The notes beneath the pieces were generated by a model. It did not search any database and was not told the DNA's origin. It was given only the letters and a program-made list of their open reading frames with translations. Source: a virus (taxonomy: Duplodnaviria > Caudoviricetes). Taken from it: a stretch of DNA of 64,000 nt. The translations under genes were made by a program, and so were the position numbers. Below, piece after piece: positions 10,165 to 20,394 of the stretch (position 1 is the stretch's first letter; every line of letters starts with the position of its first letter). Location of the stretch: positions 96,001 to 160,000 of IMG/VR virus record IMGVR_UViG_3300017565_000002, one strand, 5' to 3'.

Positions 10165-11545
10165 TGTTGAAGACCAAAAAGAAAAACCTGCTGTACCCCA
10201 TGTACTTTCAAACCCGAATGTCCCCACACCTATCAAAGCTTTCACAGATGAAGGTGATGAATTAGCCGGTGTTTCTCGGGAAGAGTTACTCGCTGAATTG
10301 GGTAAAACAGGTGAAGTCGAAGAAGGTAAGGCACGCATAATTGAAGATGTCATCACGGGGCAACGTCTGAGGGGAATCTCACCTGAAGAAGAAAGTGAAT
10401 TGGATGCACTGGCTCAGCTATCCCCTGAAACACTCAAGCGTCAATTGAGTCAGGTGGCCAAGCAGAATATTATGTATCTTATGCCGTCTTCCATAACGGA
10501 TGCGGAGGCTGAGGAGATCGTCAAAGGTTTGGAAGAGAAACTTTCCACCATCTCCTACGCGGAAATCAAACGGTTTACCGCTGACGAAGTCCGGGCTTAT
10601 ATCGGAGACGTTGTGTATGACGGTATCAGAAAATTCAACAATAAACCTAACTCGATTGCAAAACGGTTTTTGTTGGAGCTTAAAGATTCAATGGTGCAAA
10701 GCGCCAATCTTATCAACTCACTTAAAGAAGTTGAGATGGCGCTTAAATTCTTTGGCAAAGAAGGTATTGAGCAACTTCACAATGAAATCCAAGCCCAAGT
10801 CAATGAATCGGAAGAAAAACCAGCTACAGAATTGGAAAGATATCTGATTTATCTGGGGCTTTACATCGAACGTCTCAAAACATTTGACGACCATGAAACC
10901 AACAGCTTCGTCTTGACAGAGATTCGTACTTCTGAAGAAAAGATCTCGGCTGTCAAAGAGGCGTTGACTTTTGATCGTATTCTGAAGAAAGCTGAATCAA
11001 TGAAAGAGAAGATCGTCAAAGATTTTAAAAATGCAGATGTCGTTACCCGTGTTATTTCGGACTTCGTCGGAAAGATGAATAATGATCCAACCATCTTGGT
11101 TACTTTCCCTGTGCCAAAGAGTGCAGGAAAGGAGCTTAATGATGCCAAGACATTAGCAGGTATCTGGGTGGCATTTATGGAAATGATCATCATCCAGAAG
11201 GATTTTCCGGATACTCGGGTGTTGACACCTATGGAATATGGAGATATTGTCCTTTTGGTTACCGGCAGTAAAAAGGCAGATGGTGATGAACGTCTTGAGA
11301 TGCTTAAGAAATTTGCAGATGAAACAGGGATCACTCCTGAGGTTATTGAGTTGGCCAGACGGATTGCACTGGTATTTTCATTCATCATGGCAAAGACGTT
11401 TAAACCCACACAGCTTAACGATACACATACGAAATATGTATTGTCATACACAATGAACATCCTCGCACAGTCGATGACTGAGGGATATCGCGAAATGACT
11501 TACAAATTGATTCATGACATTGTCACAATTCTGTCGACACCATAA
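10151..11545 (+). CDS. Hypothetical protein
   Basis: 464 aa, SD AAAGGAG, overlaps the upstream gene end. Confidence 0.8.
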   Translation: MTTNSVEDQKEKPAVPHVLSNPNVPTPIKAFTDEGDELAGVSREELLAELGKTGEVEEGKARIIEDVITGQRLRGISPEEESELDALAQLSPETLKRQLSQVAKQNIMYLMPSSITDAEAEEIVKGLEEKLSTISYAEIKRFTADEVRAYIGDVVYDGIRKFNNKPNSIAKRFLLELKDSMVQSANLINSLKEVEMALKFFGKEGIEQLHNEIQAQVNESEEKPATELERYLIYLGLYIERLKTFDDHETNSFVLTEIRTSEEKISAVKEALTFDRILKKAESMKEKIVKDFKNADVVTRVISDFVGKMNNDPTILVTFPVPKSAGKELNDAKTLAGIWVAFMEMIIIQKDFPDTRVLTPMEYGDIVLLVTGSKKADGDERLEMLKKFADETGITPEVIELARRIALVFSFIMAKTFKPTQLNDTHTKYVLSYTMNILAQSMTEGYREMTYKLIHDIVTILSTP

Positions 11546-11640
11546 ACACATTCGAGCATACATCCACAGCGGATGTATGCTCCCTTTCTTTGTATGTATG
11601 GAACATCATGTAAACAAAACGAGAATAGGAGGAGAGTATC

Positions 11641-12384
11641 GTGTCGAAAGCAAATGCGGTCTACTTCAAAGAGCAGGATGTAAAAATTCTGTTGAATACC
11701 TACCAATGTGATATTTATGTACCTCAATATTACTTCGATGTCAAACTTGCCGTACAAGATGGGGATTTATTCGATCTCTTTTTTATTGTAAAATATCGAC
11801 TCTTCCATAAAGAAACGAATGATGTATCCAAGATTCCAGTCTATGACTTTATGATTCCATCCATGTTTTTGACCAGACCGGATGAAGTTCAAACAGCAGA
11901 GATGGATCTCTATGGTACGGTGGAGAAGTTTTCGATCTTTACCTACTATATAAATGGGGAGATTATGCATAACCGGGACATCGTCAAGAACTCCACTTCG
12001 GTAGAGAGATATATCAATCTTTTAAACGACGGAAAGATACGAGTCCCATACGGTAAGGTCAATGAAATAACGAATAAAGTACAGAAGAGTCATGACGTAA
12101 AACTCAATGTACCCCAACCGATTCAACAACTTGTCATCTCGGAAGTCTATCGGGATAAAAATGATCTATCCATACCCGCACGATTGGTTGCGTCATCTAA
12201 GGATAAGGACAACGATAAACTTAGAGGCGTTAATATGCGAGAGAACTCTGCATTCACCTCTACCTTTGCAGGTGTGGGGTTCGAGGATGTCCGTTCAATG
12301 CTCACCGTCGCAGATAACCGAGACGATAAAGAAAGTACGGAATTTAGTACAATAGAAAAAATCGTTCGAGGTGTACGAACATAA
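11641..12384 (+). CDS. Stand-alone RNAP beta' C-terminal-like subunit (probably virion RNAP)
   Basis: HDVKLNVPQPIQQLVISEVYR and LRGVNMRENSAFTSTFAGVGFEDVRSML align with the C-terminus of the 21874-23064 exon and with bacterial beta' C-terminal motifs. Confidence 0.6.
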   Translation: MSKANAVYFKEQDVKILLNTYQCDIYVPQYYFDVKLAVQDGDLFDLFFIVKYRLFHKETNDVSKIPVYDFMIPSMFLTRPDEVQTAEMDLYGTVEKFSIFTYYINGEIMHNRDIVKNSTSVERYINLLNDGKIRVPYGKVNEITNKVQKSHDVKLNVPQPIQQLVISEVYRDKNDLSIPARLVASSKDKDNDKLRGVNMRENSAFTSTFAGVGFEDVRSMLTVADNRDDKESTEFSTIEKIVRGVRT

Positions 12385-12405
12385 AAACTGGTAGGAGTAT
12401 TCCCG

Positions 12406-12417
12406 AACAATAGTATA
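12406..12417 (+). promoter_or_regulatory. Putative late promoter AACA-N6-TA
   Basis: AACA atagta TA followed by AATCCA. Confidence 0.7.
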
Positions 12418-12454
12418 AATCCACTTTATAGACAATGAAGGAGGTTTACCACAC

Positions 12455-14224
12455 ATGTTTGATAAGGTCATTATCGTTGACGAGTCTATAGCACCACCAC
12501 AGCCAGCGGTATTGAACGCAACACGCCCCACAGCGTTCATTCCGATCTTTTCTACCCGTGGCTACGGAAAAGACTCGACGCTCAAACTGTTTGAAGGGCA
12601 ATCCCAGTCGGAATTGCTGCGTCGGTATGGTGATCTGAGCTTGAGTGTGAACTTGGCTCCACTTTCCTACGCATATGAATTCCTGCGTGGTGGTGGTGAC
12701 GTTTATATCCGTCGTATAACGTCTTCCACTGCTAACTATGCTCACGCTGTTATCATCGCCAAGGGCCGTGTTAACACGGAGACGAGCAAATTTGAAGTCA
12801 AGTATGTAGTCCAAACCATCGCCAACACGACGGATCTGGACGGCCTCTTGACCGCTGCTGAAGCCTTGTATTCTACGGTAGCGGATGTTGACGGTTATAA
12901 GACATATCCGATCGCAGTTGTTGGTTTGAACTGGTCGGGCGTCGAAGGAAACCGTTATACGTTCCGACTGCTCAGCAATAAAGCACTTGAAAAGGCAATC
13001 CCACAACGGGGCTATCAACTAGAAGTTCGCAAATCGTCCTCTGCTAGTCCATCATCTGTCTCCTTTGCAATCAACGAGGATGCAATGTTGGATGGCGAAA
13101 CAGTGTATGCGAATGACTACGTTGAAGAACAAGATCCGGACATCTACTTTAAGATGCTCAGCACTTACAATCAATACCTGGCGGCGATCGAAACTTATAT
13201 TCCGCCTAGTGAGGCTGCTAATCCAGACATTTTCTTTGGCATTGAAAAGGGAACTACAACCGTATATTCGGATTATGTAATTCTGGGTAGTTCCGTTGAC
13301 TTTACTGCTGTTGGTGGTATTGCATTCGCTGGTGGTGGAGATGGAGATTTTGCAATCGCCAACGCTACGCGTATTGCCAACATGCATACACGTTATGCAG
13401 CATCTTTCGACGATATGCCAACGCTTCTGTTGCTTAACGAGTACCGTTATCCGATCGACTTCGTATTCGATTTCGGTGCAACTCAAGACGTTAAAGATGC
13501 GCTGGTTGCCTTTGCAAACAAACGTAAATCAACGTCCGTTATCATCGATACCGGAACCGCTGCAAAAACATATGCTGCTATTATGGCCATGCGCAAAACC
13601 GGCGATCTGACCTACAACAACGAAAAAGTTACGATCGTGGGTGGTATTGCAGCAATGCGTGACAACTTTACCAATAAGAAAATCGTTATGCCCATGTCGT
13701 TCTTCGAAGCGTATGCGATTCCGACGCATATCAATACGTATGGTGGAGACCGGCCGTTTGCTGGTGCACTCTACTCGTATCCGAATATGATTGCAGGATC
13801 GTATCAACCAGCGTTTTACGATGAGAATGCAACGACAGTTGAAGATTTCGTCGAGAACCAAATCAATTTTGTAATGGAAGATGCTTCTCAGTATACGGCG
13901 TTCCATCAAACGACTTCCCTGAAGGTCGATTCGGCACTTGCCGAACGGAATAACACGTATCTGATGCATCGCATGATCCGCGTTGGTCTTTTGACCGCGA
14001 AGGCTCAGCGGTGGAACTTCTTGGAAGACACCGATATCGAAGAGTACAAATCCACGCTTATCCAAAACATCGGCAATGAGATGGAAGGTAAGCTGTCGGA
14101 GTTCGAACTGGATGCAGTTCGCGAAGGTAATATCGGTGCCGCTCGTAACCGGGTTCTCGTTACGGTTAGAGTAAAATATAAAGGAATCAATAAAGGAACG
14201 ACGTTCCACTACACTGTAACCTAA
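12455..14224 (+). CDS. Contractile tail sheath protein
   Basis: 589 aa; N-terminal RGYGKD and YEFLRGGGDVYIRRI, C-terminal ENQINFV block typical of sheath proteins; followed by a tube-sized gene; strong codon bias. Confidence 0.85.
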   Translation: MFDKVIIVDESIAPPQPAVLNATRPTAFIPIFSTRGYGKDSTLKLFEGQSQSELLRRYGDLSLSVNLAPLSYAYEFLRGGGDVYIRRITSSTANYAHAVIIAKGRVNTETSKFEVKYVVQTIANTTDLDGLLTAAEALYSTVADVDGYKTYPIAVVGLNWSGVEGNRYTFRLLSNKALEKAIPQRGYQLEVRKSSSASPSSVSFAINEDAMLDGETVYANDYVEEQDPDIYFKMLSTYNQYLAAIETYIPPSEAANPDIFFGIEKGTTTVYSDYVILGSSVDFTAVGGIAFAGGGDGDFAIANATRIANMHTRYAASFDDMPTLLLLNEYRYPIDFVFDFGATQDVKDALVAFANKRKSTSVIIDTGTAAKTYAAIMAMRKTGDLTYNNEKVTIVGGIAAMRDNFTNKKIVMPMSFFEAYAIPTHINTYGGDRPFAGALYSYPNMIAGSYQPAFYDENATTVEDFVENQINFVMEDASQYTAFHQTTSLKVDSALAERNNTYLMHRMIRVGLLTAKAQRWNFLEDTDIEEYKSTLIQNIGNEMEGKLSEFELDAVREGNIGAARNRVLVTVRVKYKGINKGTTFHYTVT

Positions 14225-14267
14225 TCTGACATAATCCTAAATTTCAACCAATAGGAGGGAAAAGCAA

Positions 14268-15047
14268 ATGGCAACTACGGTTAACTACTCCCAGCCAGTA
14301 GCGTTGTCTGATTACGCACTCTGGCTTGGTGTACCTAACGTTTCCGAAGCAATGCTTAAGCAATTCGACCCGGCATACACCGGACACGTTCATATTTTCG
14401 CAACGCGTGTTCCGAAGATCTTTGAAAAATGGTATCCGGATCATGCGAAAAACTTCCGTGCAGTGATCGAACGGGCATCGACCAGTATTACCGGTATTCC
14501 GGAGCTGACGATGAACTACCAAGACCAACAACACGGGTTCGCGGATCGGAAGATCCCACATGCAACATTCTCCGAAATGCCTTTCGACACGGCGACGATC
14601 CGTGTAATGGAGTTCCGGGGACTTCCGGTATACACGATGTTTAAAGATTGGATCGAAAACATCAGTGATCCCCACTCCAAAGTACAGGATTACAAGGGTC
14701 GTGTCGGCCCGGCAGCAACTCAACTTGAATACACGATTATGAATCATTCGGCAGCGTTTATCGTGTGCACGACTGATCCATCGCATACCCGTATTCAAGG
14801 TCGCGCCCACTACATCACGGCAGCTCAACCGGTTGCAATTCCGAACGAGCATTTCAACTGGAATGCCGGAGAAATTGGAATCGTTGAAGGTTATGATCTT
14901 GCATTCCGCGGTGTTCTTCGCTGGGGCGATTACATCGATGCGAAGGCACAAGAATTGTTGACGGCTCGTAAAGCGGTTATCAACTATCTCGCAGAGTACA
15001 GCAATGCTGGAAACGTGAAATCGTTGAGTAAGCCATACGGACTGTAA
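14268..15047 (+). CDS. Tail tube protein (probable)
   Basis: 259 aa immediately after the sheath gene, strong codon bias, followed by a terminator. Confidence 0.7.
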   Translation: MATTVNYSQPVALSDYALWLGVPNVSEAMLKQFDPAYTGHVHIFATRVPKIFEKWYPDHAKNFRAVIERASTSITGIPELTMNYQDQQHGFADRKIPHATFSEMPFDTATIRVMEFRGLPVYTMFKDWIENISDPHSKVQDYKGRVGPAATQLEYTIMNHSAAFIVCTTDPSHTRIQGRAHYITAAQPVAIPNEHFNWNAGEIGIVEGYDLAFRGVLRWGDYIDAKAQELLTARKAVINYLAEYSNAGNVKSLSKPYGL

Positions 15048-15050
15048 CAG

Positions 15051-15093
15051 AAAAAAGACTACACCCATCCAAGGGTGTAGTCTCTTCTTTTTT
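15051..15093. terminator. Bidirectional terminator
   Basis: AGACTACACCC-atccaa-GGGTGTAGTCT with A tract on the left and T tract on the right, between convergent genes. Confidence 0.85.
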
Positions 15094-17452
15094 AATAGGA
15101 GTCTCCTCCGCCACTATCGTCTGCCATGTCGTCTCCGTCAGTTGTTTCTGCTTCTATCGATGTTTCCATATCTGCTTTAAGTTTTTCTGCGACCGTATCC
15201 TCTTCAATCTTCTTAAGGATCTTATCGATTGGTCGAAAATCGTATGTGAAGTATTCCCGAATGAAGTCTCGGGTAAATAAAGTTCTTTTAGCGTTGATCG
15301 GATCGGCGTCATCCACAATGAATAGCTCGGAGAAGGTTGTAGCCAGATTCTTGGTGGTGTCAATGAGGTCATTTGTGATTTGCATCAGCATGCTTCTGGA
15401 AGGAATGAATGAGGCTTCAATTGTCTTCACTTCTTCATCCGTCAGCTCAAGATCATATTGCATCACCCGTCTAACCAGTTCGGTTAACGGAGCATTTAGC
15501 TCCGCTTGTGCCAGTGCACTAGAGGTAGCAACATCCAAGTTTGCCATCGAGAGTGTTTTTGCAAACTCGACTTCGTTAGTAACGTCTACTACAACGGATG
15601 GCATGTTAAAGGATAGGATGATAGATTTGATCAGGAACTTAAGGAAGTCCGAATCCATATCTACATCTTGCCCCGCGAGAACCTCCGCATTTACCGGTTT
15701 ATGTCCATCCTCAGTCTGAGGTAAGAATAGGTCGACTGTTGATCCTACTGTGCCAATAATTGACGAGATGGAACCAAGATCAGAGAGACGGACTTCTGAT
15801 TGCTGAATAGCTACGATAGCATCCATAACCGATGCCTCGATATCGTTACTTAGACCATTTGACACAAAATACATCGTCCGGTCTGATCCTCTACGTACTT
15901 TGATAAGAATATTATTCAATAGTAGGAGGAGATACATCTTTGCAAAGAAAACGGCATTCTTCATGATTGATCCATCTGCACGTTTAAATTCGATGATATC
16001 ATCTGGGTGAATCAGAATGATATCCCTTTGCTGCCGATGAATGGCGTTATCCCTTAGGAACTCATAGAAGATGTCCATATTATTGAAGTTGGCTTCCAAG
16101 AATTTCGGGGATAGATTCTCGATAATACGATTACCGATCTCTCGAATCATTCGATCTTCAATTTTCTTCATGTTGAATTCACTATGTGTCTGACTATTCA
16201 TCCGGTAGAATGAGAATGTATTTTGCATTGTATTTTGAAGGTTAAACCGGAGGGCATCATCCCGGCGTTCTTCAATGTACACATATGCAACTACTGTATC
16301 TTTCATTCGTATCGGGTATACACGAGCCGGGTCTAGTCTTTCGATTTTACATCCGTTTATCTTAATTTTATCATATTCCTTATTTTGCTGGATCAGACCT
16401 TCAGAAGATGTATGGTCTGCCACAGACGATCTCATCTTGATATTCTTATTATCAGAGAAGAAATCTTCGAATGCAGATTCAAACATGAAGTCGTCTGATG
16501 TCATGACACTTTCTACTAATGCGGAATCATAAACCAGTTTTCTGCTGGTCTTATAAACCTTAATTTCTTTTAAGTAATTATTCACTTCAGTATTAAACTT
16601 TTTTGTCATATCACGAGTAGCTGCCTTGGAGTCTTCCAGTCTGTCGATGTGATTACGTATCGAATCTGTCAGCATATCCAGCATACTACTTTCATTAAGC
16701 ATAAATGATTTACCCTCTGGTAGTAAGCTAGATTCTTTGATAATCTTTGATTTTGTAGCCGCACTGGCATTGTCCCGTTTGATGGCCTCAATAACCGCGC
16801 GGTAGGGAACGACGGTAATGTACTCCACGCCAATGACGAAATAGTTCTCTACAATCGTCCTAATCTTTTTATCTAACTCGTATTTATGTTTGATATTAGA
16901 CGCCATATCCTTCTTGGTGTCTGTATCCAGATGATGAGAAATGGAGAAGGTATCAGACGTAATAACCTCAGGGATAATAACACTATTGATCAAGAGGTTA
17001 ATAACCCGAGAGATTTCCGGAATTGCCCGACGAAGGATTTCATAATCGTTGATGAGTTCGTAGAATTTGTTATCCATCAAAATCATCTGGCGGAGTTCCT
17101 GGAATACCGCAGAATTGTTTTTGATGACATCAAAGATATCATTCGGTTGTGATTGGTTCAGCGATCCATTCTTAACACCCGGTGTTGAATTCGGTCGTCC
17201 GCCGAATAGGCCGAAATCATTCATGCGCGACGAGATATCGGCCTTAAGGCCACCATCTACGGTCTTCTTAACACTATCCTTATTCCTTTCTTGAATCTCC
17301 TTCAGTTTATCCAAGATTCTATCCGTATCGAATAGGTCTTTCTCTATATTATAAGTAGAAAAAGAGGTTGAGCGACTTAACTCGATTAGGTTGGAAATGA
17401 CGTTCGGTACACCCTTTGGAGCCTGCGTGCTGTTTTTAGTCGGCTTAGCCAT
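15092..17452 (-). CDS. Portal protein (T4 gp20-like)
   Basis: LIKVRRGSDRTMYFVSNG and DLFLPQTEDG...VLAGQD correspond to conserved T4 gp20-family blocks; 786 aa. Confidence 0.8.
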   Translation of the reverse strand: MAKPTKNSTQAPKGVPNVISNLIELSRSTSFSTYNIEKDLFDTDRILDKLKEIQERNKDSVKKTVDGGLKADISSRMNDFGLFGGRPNSTPGVKNGSLNQSQPNDIFDVIKNNSAVFQELRQMILMDNKFYELINDYEILRRAIPEISRVINLLINSVIIPEVITSDTFSISHHLDTDTKKDMASNIKHKYELDKKIRTIVENYFVIGVEYITVVPYRAVIEAIKRDNASAATKSKIIKESSLLPEGKSFMLNESSMLDMLTDSIRNHIDRLEDSKAATRDMTKKFNTEVNNYLKEIKVYKTSRKLVYDSALVESVMTSDDFMFESAFEDFFSDNKNIKMRSSVADHTSSEGLIQQNKEYDKIKINGCKIERLDPARVYPIRMKDTVVAYVYIEERRDDALRFNLQNTMQNTFSFYRMNSQTHSEFNMKKIEDRMIREIGNRIIENLSPKFLEANFNNMDIFYEFLRDNAIHRQQRDIILIHPDDIIEFKRADGSIMKNAVFFAKMYLLLLLNNILIKVRRGSDRTMYFVSNGLSNDIEASVMDAIVAIQQSEVRLSDLGSISSIIGTVGSTVDLFLPQTEDGHKPVNAEVLAGQDVDMDSDFLKFLIKSIILSFNMPSVVVDVTNEVEFAKTLSMANLDVATSSALAQAELNAPLTELVRRVMQYDLELTDEEVKTIEASFIPSRSMLMQITNDLIDTTKNLATTFSELFIVDDADPINAKRTLFTRDFIREYFTYDFRPIDKILKKIEEDTVAEKLKADMETSIEAETTDGDDMADDSGGGDSY

Positions 17453-17509
17453 AAATATCCTCCTTTTTAATAAAAAAATACAGAGTATGGCAGAACCATA
17501 CTCTGTCGT

Positions 17510-18208
17510 TTAGATACGTAACGCGTTGAATACGTTAATCACCTGACAGTGGTCTTTACTCACTGTTGCGGTACATAAAAAGATAGAGTCAGCCGCTAAA
17601 TACGGCGTACATCTGAATGAAATAGTGTCTGCTGTATTGATGGATTGGAAGAGAGATTTGGCAATACGAATATTGAACCCATCTTGATCAATCTCTAATG
17701 GCTTATCACCTTTCATAAGCGCAGTTTTGTCCAATCCCTCAATCATAACACTTTTCGAAAAATCAGCAGTTTCATCTATCTTTCTCAAGATACCACTAAG
17801 CTGTATGAACTCCAGATAATCATCTGGAATCCACTCCATTACCAGCCGATAATTTCCATTCTCTACTTTCTCAATTGTCATCAGGACAGATTCGACGTTC
17901 TTATCTTCCAAAGCTGCCGCTGAAACATTTCCGGAAAAGTAGAATTCAATTCCCCCATCCGTGAGTTGGATATCTTCGATTTGAAAATACCGACTCATGA
18001 ATAGTATACCTGTTACATTTAAGACATATTTCCCGGAGAGAAGTTCCATCATATCCTTCTCAATCTTCTGATGGAATGTGGTAATTGCCATGGAGCCTTC
18101 TATCCGCCATAGGAATACGCCATTCGATACGATAATTTTCTCAGATGTAATCTTATTCAGACTATCGCACACTTTAACAAGTGCGTTAAAGGTTTTGTTG
18201 ATATCCAT
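17510..18208 (-). CDS. Hypothetical protein
   Basis: 232 aa, SD GGAGG, hairpin ACAGAGTATGG/CCATACTCTGT downstream. Confidence 0.75.
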   Translation of the reverse strand: MDINKTFNALVKVCDSLNKITSEKIIVSNGVFLWRIEGSMAITTFHQKIEKDMMELLSGKYVLNVTGILFMSRYFQIEDIQLTDGGIEFYFSGNVSAAALEDKNVESVLMTIEKVENGNYRLVMEWIPDDYLEFIQLSGILRKIDETADFSKSVMIEGLDKTALMKGDKPLEIDQDGFNIRIAKSLFQSINTADTISFRCTPYLAADSIFLCTATVSKDHCQVINVFNALRI

Positions 18209-18281
18209 TATAGCCCTCCAAGAGTTCGTTTATTGAAGGTTAAATTTCATATAAAATAAAAGAGAGTCCTTATGAACTCTC

Positions 18282-18680
18282 TTATTTATCGGGCCGATTG
18301 ATCAATGAGAAATCAATATTACTCTTAGGAAATAATGTAATGATAATGGTTACAAATAGGAGAGTTTGAATGTACATGAAGGAGCAGATTCCGGCGTAGA
18401 TAAGCATCAATGGAATTGCAGTCCATTTGGATGCCGGTTTGTTATAGTGTGACGCTGATAACTGTCCCGTAATCGCCCAATATGGAATGAAAATCACGGC
18501 ACTTGTCATTGCCACAAAGGATGTAATTACACCATCTGTAGCATCGTACACGCGGTTTATGTACATCGCCGTTTTGGAGGCATCGCCTTTATCCATGTCG
18601 GGTTTAATCTTGTTGTGATACATATACACCATACAGGCAACGAAAAGCTGGTTGAGTACGATGAAATCGAAAAGATTCAT
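18282..18680 (-). CDS. Hypothetical membrane protein
   Basis: 132 aa with about three hydrophobic segments. Confidence 0.7.
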   Translation of the reverse strand: MNLFDFIVLNQLFVACMVYMYHNKIKPDMDKGDASKTAMYINRVYDATDGVITSFVAMTSAVIFIPYWAITGQLSASHYNKPASKWTAIPLMLIYAGICSFMYIQTLLFVTIIITLFPKSNIDFSLINRPDK

Positions 18681-18958
18681 TGTATCTTCCTCTCCTCTGT
18701 ATTAAATTCGTCGATCAATAGACGTTCAGCCGATTCTAAATGATCAATTAATTGTCGTATAGATTTTTGAGTCTTAAATGCAAATAAAACAGGTGCATTT
18801 TCGATTTTCAAATCCTGTTCAGTTACATCCTCGGTTTCCGCCCATAGTGGTAAAATAACCACCTGTCCGTCAGTGTCGTCAGCTAATCCGTAGCCGATTC
18901 TGACATCGTTTTCGCCGAGTACAACTGTAACACCGCGATCTTCCTTTATGATTGGCAT
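18677..18958 (-). CDS. Hypothetical protein
   Basis: 93 aa, overlapping neighbours by a few bases. Confidence 0.7.
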   Translation of the reverse strand: MPIIKEDRGVTVVLGENDVRIGYGLADDTDGQVVILPLWAETEDVTEQDLKIENAPVLFAFKTQKSIRQLIDHLESAERLLIDEFNTEERKIQ

Positions 18959-19566
18959 ATTACTATCTCTCCTCTATTTCTGGCATGTAGTAAGAATATT
19001 TCCCTAGCGTTAAATGCCTGCAATGCTGTTAGTGTAATTTCATGGTCCCCTGTAGATTTAATTTTAACAGGATACGATGATAGAGAATCGACAAATTTGG
19101 TCATTTGGACCTTGTCTATGAAATTGAAACTTATAGCTTGTCCATCTCCCAGCTGTTCGGAAATATATTTTACGTTTTCAACACTGCCAGATTTAGCCAT
19201 AGAGAATTCCTCTAATCTGATAAGTACACCTTCTAGTTTTAGACCATCCATAATCCAATATTCTCTAGTTTGCAATGCGTCAGGTACTTTGTTTGCTATT
19301 ACTTCCGGTGACAAGATAATACCTTTATATGCGTCTGTATCCAATGTGAAGAGTTTGAAATATGCTTTGCCCGATTTCGATCGAATATAAGCAGGAAGCC
19401 CTATACCTCCATCCGGTATGCCCGTCAAACATCCCTCGATCGAATCGGAGAAACAGATACGAGGTGTAATCCAATCCTCACTATCTCCTTCTTCAATGCC
19501 GCTTGGAACCTGTGGTGTAAATATACCAGTATGCATCAATGATGTTGAAATATGGTATAATTTCAT
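18946..19566 (-). CDS. Hypothetical protein, possible ADP-ribosyltransferase-like fold
   Basis: N-terminal LYHIS, central PRICFSDSIEGCL, later REYWI give an H-S-E order reminiscent of ART folds; SD AAGGAG. Confidence 0.45.
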   Translation of the reverse strand: MKLYHISTSLMHTGIFTPQVPSGIEEGDSEDWITPRICFSDSIEGCLTGIPDGGIGLPAYIRSKSGKAYFKLFTLDTDAYKGIILSPEVIANKVPDALQTREYWIMDGLKLEGVLIRLEEFSMAKSGSVENVKYISEQLGDGQAISFNFIDKVQMTKFVDSLSSYPVKIKSTGDHEITLTALQAFNAREIFLLHARNRGEIVICQS

Positions 19567-19640
19567 ACGTATATCTCTCCTTTATCCTATAGTCGGATGT
19601 ATTATATATAATTCGGTTTAGTCTATGATCCTACAAGGTC

Positions 19641-19652
19641 AACAAGATAATA
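19641..19652 (+). promoter_or_regulatory. Putative late promoter AACA-N6-TA
   Basis: AACA agataa TA upstream of 19682. Confidence 0.6.
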
Positions 19653-19681
19653 ACCTTATAGAAGGGAAAGGAGAATAGACA

Positions 19682-20227
19682 ATGTCTGATCTTGAAAAAT
19701 TGCAACGTAAACTGCGCATGATCCAAGAGGGGATCATTCTTGAGTCGGACGACGATGACGAGGATGAAGAACTCGATTTGGATGATGACGATTTGGACAT
19801 TGAGGATTTAGATGATTTGGAACTCGACGAGGACCTTCTGGCCGAAGTTAATTTGGCAATCATCGAAAGCGAAGTCGGCAGTGAGCAGATGCCTTCCTTC
19901 TTGGCAGAACATGCACATGTATTTGTGCGCGATCAACTCTTGACGGAAGATGTAGTAGGAAAATCCTACATCGTCCTGTCGCCGAAAGCAAGACGTCAGC
20001 GGGCAATCAACCTGCTTAAACTGAGGATGGCTCGCAAGGCCGCAGATCCTCGGTATAGAAAGCTGGTCATCGCTCGTAAATTCGTAAAGCGTATGCTCGG
20101 GAAAATCCGGGGAGATAGCCGCTATAAGAAAGCGGAAACCATCGTCAGACGCCAACGATTCAAGATCATTAATAACCCGGCAGCTGTCGCGGCCTTTAAA
20201 AAGGCGCAGACGATGAAATTGCAATAA
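19682..20227 (+). CDS. Putative prohead core protein (acidic N-terminus, basic C-terminus)
   Basis: 181 aa; D/E tract bounded by IILES and AIIES; R/K-rich C-terminal half as in T4 gp68-type core proteins; late motif upstream. Confidence 0.5.
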   Translation: MSDLEKLQRKLRMIQEGIILESDDDDEDEELDLDDDDLDIEDLDDLELDEDLLAEVNLAIIESEVGSEQMPSFLAEHAHVFVRDQLLTEDVVGKSYIVLSPKARRQRAINLLKLRMARKAADPRYRKLVIARKFVKRMLGKIRGDSRYKKAETIVRRQRFKIINNPAAVAAFKKAQTMKLQ

Positions 20228-20242
20228 TCATTCGAGAGAAAG

Positions 20243-20275
20243 GACACCTCCTATTGCAGGAGGTGTCTCTTCTTT
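20243..20275 (+). terminator. Intrinsic terminator
   Basis: GACACCTCCT-attgc-AGGAGGTGTC then TCTTCTTT. Confidence 0.75.
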
Positions 20276-20292
20276 ATATTTTTCATTGAATA

Positions 20293-20300
20293 CATATTAT
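20293..20300 (+). promoter_or_regulatory. Putative early promoter motif (CATATTAT variant of TATATTAT)
   Basis: Motif recurs upstream of many replication and transcription genes. Confidence 0.5.
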
Positions 20301-20394
20301 TTCCGAGTAGATGATACATTCTTACCACTTTCATGACAGTAAAGTAGGTAGAGTTTCAGCTACATACTACTTTTAGAGGAGTGAACTGACCACT

